Shown: positions 47,563-56,678 of the stretch, one piece after another
Position numbering within the stretch: the first letter of the stretch is position 1
Layout of the letters: each line of letters opens with the position of its first letter
Assembly: GCA_015233675.1 (NCBI GenBank)
Contig: JADFXH010000004.1
Span: 8,492-72,491 of the forward strand
Source: Candidatus Omnitrophota bacterium
Lineage (GTDB): Bacteria; Omnitrophota; Gorgyraeia; Zapsychrales; Fredricksoniimonadaceae
DNA length: 64,000 bases
Direction of reading: 5' to 3'
The notes under the pieces: generated by a model
The model's input: the letters and a program-made list of their open reading frames with translations, nothing else
What the model was told of the DNA's origin: nothing
The model's database searches: none
Program-made: the position numbers and the translations under genes

Positions 47563-47808
47563 TTATCGTAATGTTTTTATTTCCTTATTTAAAATACTGT
47601 AAATCGGCTGCGATTTGAGCCATAGAACGGCTAATTTTTTGGTATGTTGGTTGAGATATTGCTTAGAGCAGGTATTAATCCACTCCCTGGAAGCTCTCTC
47701 AAACCCAATGTCACACCCTGCTTTCTCGCTTTCACACCATTTATACCTGTTGATCTCATTTACGATATCTTTATCTTTAAGTAATTCCGCGCTATTTATA
47801 GATGGCAT
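47563..47808 (-). CDS. Small protein carrying the KWCESEKAG module
   Basis: 81 aa. LLKDKDIVNEINRYKWCESEKAGCDIGFERASREWI aligns with the C-terminus of 40172..41875. Confidence 0.6.
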   Translation of the reverse strand: MPSINSAELLKDKDIVNEINRYKWCESEKAGCDIGFERASREWINTCSKQYLNQHTKKLAVLWLKSQPIYSILNKEIKTLR

Positions 47809-47958
47809 TTCGTCCTCCTTTTTTTATTTTTTTTATTCTATCATTACGCAAAATAGGAGTAAATAAGAATATTATCAAAATCATGAAATCACACTATAAA
47901 TCGACACAAATGTTTAAGAATTCTTGCATGATACCAAAGGATGCTTTAATATTAAGCC

Positions 47959-48858
47959 ATGATTACCCAAAATTCCGGTCACCAAAGCCGCTTTGACCGC
48001 GGTATCAGCAGTATGCTCATTGGACTATGTTCAAATGTCTTTTTAGCGGCGATTAAAATCACCGCTGGAATCTTAGGAAATTCTTATGCTTTAATAGCAG
48101 ATGGTATTGAGTCTACAATGGATATTTTTTCATCCGTGGTGGTTTTAGGCGGCATCAAAATCAGTTCCCTTCCCGCGGATGAAACCCATCCTTACGGTCA
48201 CGGCAAAGCGGAGTCTCTTGCCGCCATGATCGCATCAACGGCGCTTTTGTTGGCGGGTATAGGCATTGCCATCAAAAGCATCATTGAAATTCCGCACCCT
48301 CGCCATGCTCCTGCGGCTTTTACCCTGATCATTTTAGTCTTAGTCATCGCCATCAAAGAAACTTTATTCCGGTATCTATTTTCCGTCGGAAACTCAGTCA
48401 ACAGCCTTTCGATAAAAACAGCGGCATGGGACCAACGTTCGGATGTCTTTACTTCCTTGGCTGCCTTTATCGGAATATCTATCGCTATCATAGGTGGCAG
48501 GGGTTATGAACACGCGGATGACTGGGCGGCGCTGGCAGCCAGCGGGATCATTCTTTTTAACGGTATTAATTTGCTTCGGCACGCCATCAAGGAAATTATG
48601 GACGCAGCTGTCAACCCCGAAACAGAAGAAGCCATCCGCAGCATCGCCCAACGGGTCCCAGGAGTTGTTGCTATTGAAAAATGCCGGGTGCGCAAAAGCG
48701 GGCTCAATTTATTCGTAGATATTCATGTGGAAGTTAACGGCGGCATGCAAGTCCACGAAGCCCACCGTATCGGCCATGAAGTCAAAGACGCCCTCATCTT
48801 ATCTTCTTTAGGCATAGCTGATGTGCTGGTGCACATTGAGCCTGCGAAAGTTCTCTAA
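47959..48858 (+). CDS. Cation diffusion facilitator (CDF) metal efflux transporter
   Basis: ALIADGIESTMDIFSS (TM2 metal site), HPYGHGKAESLAA, cytoplasmic C-terminal domain. The only substantial plus-strand gene before 61.8 kb. Confidence 0.9.
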   Translation: MITQNSGHQSRFDRGISSMLIGLCSNVFLAAIKITAGILGNSYALIADGIESTMDIFSSVVVLGGIKISSLPADETHPYGHGKAESLAAMIASTALLLAGIGIAIKSIIEIPHPRHAPAAFTLIILVLVIAIKETLFRYLFSVGNSVNSLSIKTAAWDQRSDVFTSLAAFIGISIAIIGGRGYEHADDWAALAASGIILFNGINLLRHAIKEIMDAAVNPETEEAIRSIAQRVPGVVAIEKCRVRKSGLNLFVDIHVEVNGGMQVHEAHRIGHEVKDALILSSLGIADVLVHIEPAKVL

Positions 48859-48864
48859 ATCACA

Positions 48865-49050
48865 CTATTTTTGCACAGGAGCGCTCAAGGGACAAAAATT
48901 GTGATTTGAATGACAGCAAGATTTTGCAAACCACATGCCAGAGGCAAAAATAAATGCGCCAATCAAAAGACCAGCCATAAATTTGATCCATGAACAACAG
49001 TTGTGCCCTTTAGTTGAACAGCACCCTTCTTCTTTCTTTTCTTCGGTCAT
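48865..49050 (-). CDS. Small Cys-rich single-pass membrane protein
   Basis: ATG at 49050 with AAAGGAAAA upstream. MTEEKKEEGCCSTKGHNCCSW-[TM IKFMAGLLIGAFIFASGMWFA]-KSCCHSNHNFC. Convergent with, and 6 nt from, the CDF gene. Confidence 0.5.
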   Translation of the reverse strand: MTEEKKEEGCCSTKGHNCCSWIKFMAGLLIGAFIFASGMWFAKSCCHSNHNFCPLSAPVQK

Positions 49051-49179
49051 AATGTTTTCCTTTCTATCAAGAGCCAAGCATGGCACCCTCATCACCCTTT
49101 GTCTAAATAGCTATACGCTTCCATACGTCAAGTCAAGAACGTGGAGATGACTTCCAAGATTATACCACCTTCGTATTAG

Positions 49180-50283
49180 TTACGTCATCCTTTTGGAAAA
49201 ACGCCGTATGCTAAAGACAATGACCAAAACAGCCATAAGCAGCAAGGGCCAGACCTGATCGATCAGATCAAAAAAGCCCATGCCTTTAAGAATAATACCC
49301 CTGACAATTTTTAAGAAATAGGTCATAGGAATAAAATAACCTATGTCTCTAACCCAAACGGGCATGCCTTCCCGGGGAAAAATAAAACCCGAAAGTAAAA
49401 TCGAAGGCATGGCGAAAAACATGACGATTTGCCCTGCCTGCTGCTGATTGTCCGCTATCGTTGACGCCCACAACCCTATGCCTAAGCATACAACCAAATA
49501 AACCAGAGTCAAAAAAAACAGCGTCATCACACTGCCATGGATTGGCACCATGAATAGAAAATGCATGATCGTGATAATACTTGAGGCAATGAGCACGCCA
49601 AGGGCTATATAAGGAAGTATTTTCCCTATGATCAATTCATACGACTTGATAGGGGTCACTAAAAGCTGTTCGATATTGCCTCTTTCTTTTTCGCGTACAA
49701 TGGCTGTAGCTGTAATCATAGGAACTAAAAATTGCAAAAGCAAACCAACCAACCCGGGAAGCATAAAATACGAGCTTTTAAGGTCGGGATTATACCAAAG
49801 CCGCGGACGAAAATCGATGGGCAACAGCTGGACGGGAACCAATTTTTCATTTTGCATAAAAGCGTTGATAATCGCCTGGCTGGAATTAAGCGCCACATTT
49901 GCAGGAGTTGAATCCGTGCCATCAATTATAAGCTGGACCTGCACGCCTTTTTTCTTTAATAAATTCGCGGTAAAATCAGGAGGTATAATCAAGGCTGACT
50001 GGGCCAGACCACGGTCTAAAGCCGAATACACCTGTCCAAGGGAAGCGGCCTGGGTCTTGACGGTAAAATAGTCGCTTTGAGTAAAAGCATTGATCAAACG
50101 GCGGCTTAAATAAGTGCGGTCCTGGTCATACACATAGGTTGGCAGATGTTTGACGTCAGTGTTGATGCCGTAACCATAGATCATCAACTGCATCAATGGC
50201 ATAACAATAAGCAGCGTCAATGTGCGTCGATCGCGCAAAATATGAATAAATTCTTTAAAAGCAACAGCTCTAATGTTTCGCAT
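49180..50283 (-). CDS. ABC-2-type transporter permease
   Basis: One N-terminal TM helix, a large periplasmic loop, then 5 C-terminal TM helices. I prefer the ATG at 50283 (MRNIRAVAFKEF…). Confidence 0.85.
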   Translation of the reverse strand: MRNIRAVAFKEFIHILRDRRTLTLLIVMPLMQLMIYGYGINTDVKHLPTYVYDQDRTYLSRRLINAFTQSDYFTVKTQAASLGQVYSALDRGLAQSALIIPPDFTANLLKKKGVQVQLIIDGTDSTPANVALNSSQAIINAFMQNEKLVPVQLLPIDFRPRLWYNPDLKSSYFMLPGLVGLLLQFLVPMITATAIVREKERGNIEQLLVTPIKSYELIIGKILPYIALGVLIASSIITIMHFLFMVPIHGSVMTLFFLTLVYLVVCLGIGLWASTIADNQQQAGQIVMFFAMPSILLSGFIFPREGMPVWVRDIGYFIPMTYFLKIVRGIILKGMGFFDLIDQVWPLLLMAVLVIVFSIRRFSKRMT

Positions 50284-51208
50284 CCGGCCTTTCCGAATCC
50301 AAATCAGAAAACACATCTTCCAAAGAGGCGCCAATGGGTCTGATAGAGATGATTTCCACCCCTTCCCTGGCCGCGGCATCAACCACACGGGCTGAAACCG
50401 CCTTCTGGTCGTTCACGTTTAGATTTAATGTAGTACCATACACCGTAATGCCGCGCACCCCTTCCAATGTTAAAAAAAGGCGGGAAGCCTTCATCAAAGG
50501 CTGACAAGCCACTTCCAGGATCTTGGCGCTCAACTGATGCCTCAAATCTGCAGGCCGGCCAATCCTTAAAATCTTTCCGTCGCTAATAAAGGCAATGGTG
50601 TTGCAGCGCTCAGCCTCTTCCATATAATGGGTGGTTACAAAAAGCGATGTGCCCTGCTCGGCCAGGCTGTACAAAAGCTCCCATATGGACCTTCGGGCCA
50701 GAGGATCCAGCCCGGCGGTAGGCTCATCGAGAAAAATAATTTTAGGTTTATGCAAAATAGCATTGGCAATGGCTAATTTTTGTTTCATGCCCCCGGAGAG
50801 ATCACCGGAAAGGCGCTGACAAAAGCGGTACAGACCGGTCATTGTCAAAACTTCTTCAATACGACGCGATAAAGACTCCCGCTTAAGACCGTAAATCTGC
50901 CCGTAAAAAGACAGGTTTTCAATAACGGTTAAATCCGAATAAAGGCTGAAACGCTGGGAAACATAACTGATGACAGTTTTGATCTGCTCCGGCTGGGTCT
51001 GCACGTCGAAGCCGCCCACCTTCCCATTGCCGCTCGTCGGCTCTAAAATACCGCAGAGCATGCGGATGGTAGTACTTTTCCCGGCGCCGTTAGCCCCCAG
51101 AAACCCAAAAATAGACCCATAAGGGATTTCAAAAGAAACCTCATCGACAGCAGTGAATTTGCCAAACCTTCTGGTCAACTTGTCCGCGCTAATGGCAATG
51201 TCCGGCAT
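50270..51208 (-). CDS. ABC transporter ATP-binding protein
   Basis: Walker A GANGAGKST, signature LSGGMKQK, Walker B IIFLDEPTAGLD. The ATG at 51208 has AAGAGG upstream. The ORF-track N-terminal extension runs into repeat copy A3. Confidence 0.9.
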   Translation of the reverse strand: MPDIAISADKLTRRFGKFTAVDEVSFEIPYGSIFGFLGANGAGKSTTIRMLCGILEPTSGNGKVGGFDVQTQPEQIKTVISYVSQRFSLYSDLTVIENLSFYGQIYGLKRESLSRRIEEVLTMTGLYRFCQRLSGDLSGGMKQKLAIANAILHKPKIIFLDEPTAGLDPLARRSIWELLYSLAEQGTSLFVTTHYMEEAERCNTIAFISDGKILRIGRPADLRHQLSAKILEVACQPLMKASRLFLTLEGVRGITVYGTTLNLNVNDQKAVSARVVDAAAREGVEIISIRPIGASLEDVFSDLDSERPDAKH

Positions 51209-51259
51209 ATTAAACCTCTTGTTAATCCCCCTGCCCGCCAAAAGGATAATCACTATTAT

Positions 51260-51450
51260 GCGCGATGAGACAGGAGGAAGAAATTTATTTTTATTCGGTA
51301 CGTTCAGGAATTTTTTGCCAAAAGTCTGCAAGGAGTTATGGCTATAATGTTCCAAATGAAGAGAAACTTTAGAACATTATAGCCATAAACCGAAGCAGAC
51401 GGCAAAAATATTCCGTGCCGAATACATAATACCTGTTCATCCATCACGCA
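51260..51450. repeat. Palindromic intercistronic element, family A, copy 3 (boundaries approximate)
   Basis: ggtacgttcaggaattttttgccaaaagtctgcaagg and cgaagcagacggcaaaaatattccgtgccgaatac are nearly identical to copy 2. The inner hairpin differs (gttatggctataatgttc … gaacattatagccataac). Confidence 0.8.
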
Positions 51451-51498
51451 ACAAATTGCGCCAGAAGCAGAAAGAACGAATTTATCCCTGCTGCCTCA

Positions 51499-52170
51499 CT
51501 AGTTAAACTTCACATCCGCGGCTACACCGGCGTGCAGATGATCATCTGCGTCATCGACGGCAATTTTAACGGCGAATGTTTGGGTAACGCGCTCTTCGGG
51601 AGTCTGCACATTACGCGGGGTAAATTCGGCCTTATCCGCGATAAAAGTCACATGGCCTTTATACGTTCTATCGCTTCCATCCACCGTAATGCTGGCCGTC
51701 TGATTGATGCTCAACTGATGCATCAGGTCTTCAGAAACAAAAATTTTGACCCACTGGTCAAACGGGTCTCCGACAACCACGACCCCGCCTCCGGCCGGAA
51801 TGATTTCACCCGTCTGTGCGCTTTTAACCAAAACAACCCCGTATAAAGGAGAAATCACCTGCTGGTCTTCCATGGCTAATTTGGCATTTTCCAAAGACTG
51901 CTGATTAGCCCCGCCATTCTGATATAAAACACCGACGCGTTCATAATCTTTTTTATTTTGTTCAAAACGATCAAACGTCGCCAATAGCTGGCCTTTCTGG
52001 ACCTTGTCCCCTTCTTTAACATTAAGCGTTGTCAGCCGTCCCGCTGCCTTAACCCCCAGTACATGCTCAGTCATCTCCATGGTCCCTGAAAAAATCATGT
52101 GCTTAAAATCATTTTTCCCAGAACACCCGCTAATTAAGGCAACTGCCAATAATACTATTAAAATTCGCAC
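51499..52170 (-). CDS. HlyD/membrane-fusion-family periplasmic adaptor (lipoprotein)
   Basis: Lipobox LISGCSG, barrel-sandwich hybrid pattern (…VKEGDKVQKGQLLATFD…). Between tolC-like and ABC genes. Confidence 0.8.
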   Translation of the reverse strand: MRILIVLLAVALISGCSGKNDFKHMIFSGTMEMTEHVLGVKAAGRLTTLNVKEGDKVQKGQLLATFDRFEQNKKDYERVGVLYQNGGANQQSLENAKLAMEDQQVISPLYGVVLVKSAQTGEIIPAGGGVVVVGDPFDQWVKIFVSEDLMHQLSINQTASITVDGSDRTYKGHVTFIADKAEFTPRNVQTPEERVTQTFAVKIAVDDADDHLHAGVAADVKFN

Positions 52171-52172
52171 AA

Positions 52173-53498
52173 TTATTTTCCTCTCCGGCTAACCAACATC
52201 CTTAAACGGCCCTGAGCATGAAGTAAATCAATATGGCTCATTACCCAAAGGGCTTGGGCCTCATTGTATTGATCTTCAGCTATTGCTAAATCTGCTTTTT
52301 CCCGCATCACTTCTAACACCGTGCCGCTGCCAGTCTTCTGGGCCTGAAAAGCAATGAGCAAAGACCTTTGAGCTGTCTGCCGATTTTGAATTTTCGCTTC
52401 TATTAGATAATCAGCCTCCGCAATAGCCGCGATAGCCTTGGCTGTGTTAACCTGTTCCTGCTGACTGGCATCTAAAAAATTTTCCTGAGCTTCTTTAATC
52501 TTTTGCTTGACTTCTTTGACATTGGATTGTTGTGATCCGCCTTCCCAAAGGGGCACAGTTGCCTGCAAACCAGCAAAATACGTATTACTGCCATGCCCCG
52601 GGGATCCGCCGGAACGCCCGTAATCAGCAGTGCCTGAAACCTTTGGTAAGAAATCTGCATAAGCGATTTTTTGATCAGCCTTACGGGCTTCCAGCAAAGC
52701 AGACGCCATGGCCATATCGGCATTAGTCGTGTTATTAAAATTAATAACAGCATTGCTTCCCAACGCTTTCAATAAATCTTTATCATCAAGAAATAATAAA
52801 GGCATATTGACAGGCAGTTGCAAGGCAGCGGACAAATCCAGGCGGGCATCTTCAGCCTGAAGTTTAGCCTGCTGATATAAAAATTTAGTTTGTTCCAGCT
52901 GTGAATTTAATTTATTTGTATCCAATAACGTCCCCGTGCCCTGCGCCAGGGCATCTTCACTTAATTCATAAGCCTTTTGATCTTTTTCCAATAGAGTTTG
53001 CAAAAGACGGAAGGTTTGCTGCTTACGTTGAGCATCAACAAATAAAGTTGCCACCAATGCCAAAATATCTTCACGAGTTTTCTCTAGCTGGGCCTCGGAA
53101 AGAGACTCCCCCTTTTTAGCTGCTTGAAATCTTTCAAAAGCTGAAGGGTCAAAAAGCGCTATGGTTACACGAAGACGGGCATCAAAAGTATTATAAGGTC
53201 CGATATGAGTCCCTAGGCCCGGAAACTGGATGCCTTCGGCGCGCAAATCAACCGTCTGTCGCCCTCCGCTGACAACACCATCGAAGTGTGGCAGTAAATC
53301 TGATTGCGCTTGAGATATACGGGTTATAGCCTGCTCAAGCCTGGCACTTGCCATCATCACCTGAAGATTAACGGTATCTACTTTGTTCAGGGCTTCTGCC
53401 AGAGTTAAACGTAAAGGCGCTTTTTGCTCCTGAGCTAAGCTCACCAAGGGCAAACCCAAGCAAAACCCTATCAAAATAAAAAATCTTGTCAAATGCAT
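52173..53498 (-). CDS. TolC-family outer-membrane efflux protein
   Basis: Signal MHLTRFFILIGFCLGLPLVSLAQE from the ATG at 53498. Two OEP-type coiled repeats. Confidence 0.85.
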   Translation of the reverse strand: MHLTRFFILIGFCLGLPLVSLAQEQKAPLRLTLAEALNKVDTVNLQVMMASARLEQAITRISQAQSDLLPHFDGVVSGGRQTVDLRAEGIQFPGLGTHIGPYNTFDARLRVTIALFDPSAFERFQAAKKGESLSEAQLEKTREDILALVATLFVDAQRKQQTFRLLQTLLEKDQKAYELSEDALAQGTGTLLDTNKLNSQLEQTKFLYQQAKLQAEDARLDLSAALQLPVNMPLLFLDDKDLLKALGSNAVINFNNTTNADMAMASALLEARKADQKIAYADFLPKVSGTADYGRSGGSPGHGSNTYFAGLQATVPLWEGGSQQSNVKEVKQKIKEAQENFLDASQQEQVNTAKAIAAIAEADYLIEAKIQNRQTAQRSLLIAFQAQKTGSGTVLEVMREKADLAIAEDQYNEAQALWVMSHIDLLHAQGRLRMLVSRRGK

Positions 53499-53643
53499 AG
53501 ATCCCCTATTAGACCACCTTATTCTAATGCCTGAGCGGTCCAAATGGAATGAGAAATTAGAATACGTATTCACTGAATATTTACGCGGGGTTTCCCTCTG
53601 CTGCCGGTACTAAGCCGTAAAATAATAATTCAATGCCCCTGTT

Positions 53644-55659
53644 TTAAAACTTCACTTTGATACCCGCCTCTGCATTGCGTCCGGGGGCGGGCCAATAATA
53701 ATTGCCATAAGGGCCTTCAGTAACTCCATAGATATAATATTTAGCACTAAATATGTTCTGTAAAGTGAACCATAATTCAATGTTCTTAATACCGTATTTA
53801 ATGTTCCAATCAACGGTATCATATCGCTTTAATTTAGATTGAGTATTAGCTTGATCAGCATCCAGGAATTCTTTGCCGACAAAATGCGTTGTAAACGACA
53901 TGCTTAGACGGTCTAAAGGCCTAAAGGAGATACCTGCATTAGCTAGATGGTCCGGCACATAAGGAAGCACATTGCCTGAATATTTTCCCTTAACAAACTC
54001 AGATTGCTGGAAGGTAATGTTCGCAAATGGTTCAATTTTCTTATTAAACAAATCAACAGAAGCAGCTGCTTCTTCACTATAATGCCGAGTCCTGCCATCA
54101 TAGTTAACATTCGCCGGGTAAGGTAACGCATTGGGATCATAAAAGATCTCATTTTTATACTGGACCTCTGTAAAAGTAGCACCTAAATGAATACCTTTAA
54201 AACTTTGGTCTTTAACACCTAATTGATATTGATTACCAACTTGGTACGTGACTCCAGCGTTCACTTGGGCTGGATATTCCAACCCGGAGACATAGTAAGG
54301 GCTTTGGAAGTATTCATCTATATTCGGCAGACGATAGGAATGAGAATAATCTACAAACACTTTTGAATCAGGATTGTATTTATATCCCAAGCCCCCGTCA
54401 TATCCTTCCGTTGTATCGCAACGTCCCAATTTAGCAGTTGCCTGTTGGGTTTGGTCAAAAACGTAATCTGCCCATGCCCCCCTGACACCGGCATTAAGCA
54501 GCCATTTCTGGTCAAGGGTTAGTTCATCCAACAAATAAACGTTTTGTGATGCCTCGGTTATATAATAAACATCCTCAGGATTAGCATAACTTCTCCGGTC
54601 TTCATGATTGTAAATATAATCATACCCTGAAGTTAATTTGCTATCCAAACGGTCTGTTAAAGGAGTTGATACGATGAGCTTCGGTTGGAATTCATAAGAT
54701 TCTGTTTCATAGTTTAACGATTCATCATCATAACCCGGCCAAATAGAATCGGTCACTCTCTTTCTAGCTGAAGCAAACAAGGAAAAATCGAAATGGCTTG
54801 TCCCCGCGTCAAATTTCATATACGGGGTCACATCAAAATGTGAGTCTGAGGCAGTATTAATGGCAGGGCCAGACACTTGATCTAAACCAGTGGGGCCAAC
54901 TAAATTAATATCATCAATGGTCAATCCCCCGGGAGTCCGATAACGGTCCAAGTGATACCCTTGCGAAAAATCAACACCAAAAATATCAGTAGGATTATAA
55001 TTTAAATGTGTATTGTACTCATTGGCCCAATAATTATCAAAGGTGCGATAATTATCGTTTTGTTGACGGTCATAATTAAATTGATACGTCAATTGGGGAA
55101 GCCCGCCGCTTAAAGCTATCCCGTCTTTATTTCCTTTATAACTATCTACCTCACTGGTTAATGTCACTGATGGCTTGGTGTTTTCCGTACCTTTTTTGGT
55201 GACAATATTAATGACCCCGCCGCTGGCATTGTCCCCGTAAAGCACCGTACCAGCCCCTTGAATGACCTCAATATGATCGACAGAATTTAAATCAATCAGC
55301 GACAAATCCGGCCCGGATAAATCAGGCTCATTCAAACGACGGCCATCAACCATCACCAATACGTTGGATGTGCTCGTAACCCCAAAACCACCAATATCCG
55401 TATATGATGGATCATGAATGTTACCAGCGATAGTTCCATGGACCCCTGGTATGGCACTCAACAACTCCGGCAAACTTTTAGCCGGTGAAATGGTAATATC
55501 CCCAGATGAAATGATGCTTACATTTTTGTTCATATCGCTCACAACATCATTGCTGCGGGAAGCTTCTACGACTATTTTGCCCAAATCAACCGCCTCCTGG
55601 GCAAGCCCTCTGCTCAAAAATAATGCTAAGAAGATGATCATTAGACTGAAAAACTTCAT
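53644..55659 (-). CDS. TonB-dependent outer-membrane receptor (BtuB-like by context)
   Basis: Signal peptide, plug domain (…IEVIQGAGTVLYGDNASGGVINIVTK…), C-terminal beta-barrel ending AGIKVKF. Downstream of the btuFCD-like genes. Confidence 0.85.
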   Translation of the reverse strand: MKFFSLMIIFLALFLSRGLAQEAVDLGKIVVEASRSNDVVSDMNKNVSIISSGDITISPAKSLPELLSAIPGVHGTIAGNIHDPSYTDIGGFGVTSTSNVLVMVDGRRLNEPDLSGPDLSLIDLNSVDHIEVIQGAGTVLYGDNASGGVINIVTKKGTENTKPSVTLTSEVDSYKGNKDGIALSGGLPQLTYQFNYDRQQNDNYRTFDNYWANEYNTHLNYNPTDIFGVDFSQGYHLDRYRTPGGLTIDDINLVGPTGLDQVSGPAINTASDSHFDVTPYMKFDAGTSHFDFSLFASARKRVTDSIWPGYDDESLNYETESYEFQPKLIVSTPLTDRLDSKLTSGYDYIYNHEDRRSYANPEDVYYITEASQNVYLLDELTLDQKWLLNAGVRGAWADYVFDQTQQATAKLGRCDTTEGYDGGLGYKYNPDSKVFVDYSHSYRLPNIDEYFQSPYYVSGLEYPAQVNAGVTYQVGNQYQLGVKDQSFKGIHLGATFTEVQYKNEIFYDPNALPYPANVNYDGRTRHYSEEAAASVDLFNKKIEPFANITFQQSEFVKGKYSGNVLPYVPDHLANAGISFRPLDRLSMSFTTHFVGKEFLDADQANTQSKLKRYDTVDWNIKYGIKNIELWFTLQNIFSAKYYIYGVTEGPYGNYYWPAPGRNAEAGIKVKF

Positions 55660-55877
55660 GTTTTCTCCTGATAGTCGTCAAGGTTCTGCCCACATTAAAC
55701 TTTTATCACTATCTACGGGGCCTGGCTCGGAGTTGATGTTCAGGGGCTCCTAATTCGAGGGCCGCCCTATCAGCATCCAGAACAGAGATTTCCCTTAATA
55801 GCCCCAGTGAGCAGTCACCGTCCGCCCCTGAACATCAACTCCGAGCCACCCGTTCATTCTTGACATATCTTTTGTCA
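55660..55877 (-). promoter_or_regulatory. Structured 5' leader of the TonB-dependent receptor; possible atypical cobalamin riboswitch
   Basis: 218-nt gap. A perfect 24-bp stem (55724..55747 with 55824..55847) encloses 76 nt containing AAGGGAAAUCUCUGUUCUGGAUGCUGAUAGGGCGG, which resembles the core of the E. coli btuB leader. No clear B12 box. Confidence 0.35.
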
Positions 55878-56678
55878 CTACCCTCGTTTATTTTTTATTA
55901 ATTCTTCCCCAGGGACGATCAAAACGTGCGGTTTGGCTGAAATAGGATTTTGATTTACCACCACGACTGTCTGATACACTTTTTCGATGACCCGGTAGTC
56001 AATCACTTCCCAAGGGGTCCCGGTTTTATAAACAGTCCCCTGACTGATTAAAGTCAGACGGTCACAGTATTCGCTGGCCAGGTTCAAATCATGCAAGACC
56101 ATGACGACCGTGAGATTCAGTTCCCGTACCAGTTTCTTAAGCAAATCCATTATTGCCACCTGATGGGTGATATCCAAATGGGCTGTCGGCTCATCTAATA
56201 AAACCAATTTAGGTTCCTGAGTGAAGGCGCGGGCAATCTGGACTAATTGCCTCTCTCCGCCGCTTAAATGCTGGATTGGTTTGTCCTTCAGCCGTAAAAC
56301 ATCCGTTAACTCCATGCATTGATACGCCACTTCACGGTCATGCCTTGATTCTATAAACTGCATACGCCCAAAATACGGAATCCTGCCTAACAGGACAAAT
56401 TCCTCCACAGTCAATTGCGCCAAAGGAAACAGTTGAGAAACCACCGCCACCCCACGTGAAAAATCCTGGAGCGAGATACTCCCAAACTCCTTTTTATCCA
56501 AAAAAATTTTACCACTCATAGGCTGGATGACCCTGGACAAAGCCCTTAGAAGTGTGGTCTTGCCTGAACCATTAGGCCCGATGACACCAAAAAATTCGCC
56601 ACTCTTGACTTCAACACTGACAGAAGAAACAACAGCTTTTTTATCATACCCGCATGTCAGGGCCTCGATCTCAAGCAT
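55878..56678 (-). CDS. btuD: ABC ATPase of an iron-siderophore/cobalamin-type importer
   Basis: Walker A GPNGSGKTT, LSGGERQ, LVLLDEPTAHLD. Follows a FecCD permease. Confidence 0.8.
   Translation of the reverse strand: MLEIEALTCGYDKKAVVSSVSVEVKSGEFFGVIGPNGSGKTTLLRALSRVIQPMSGKIFLDKKEFGSISLQDFSRGVAVVSQLFPLAQLTVEEFVLLGRIPYFGRMQFIESRHDREVAYQCMELTDVLRLKDKPIQHLSGGERQLVQIARAFTQEPKLVLLDEPTAHLDITHQVAIMDLLKKLVRELNLTVVMVLHDLNLASEYCDRLTLISQGTVYKTGTPWEVIDYRVIEKVYQTVVVVNQNPISAKPHVLIVPGEELIKNKRG

Noticed and set aside
51209-51355. N-terminal 49-aa extension of the ABC ATPase ORF
   Set aside because: The extension reads through repeat copy A3. The internal ATG at 51208 has a good RBS and gives a canonical ABC N-terminus.
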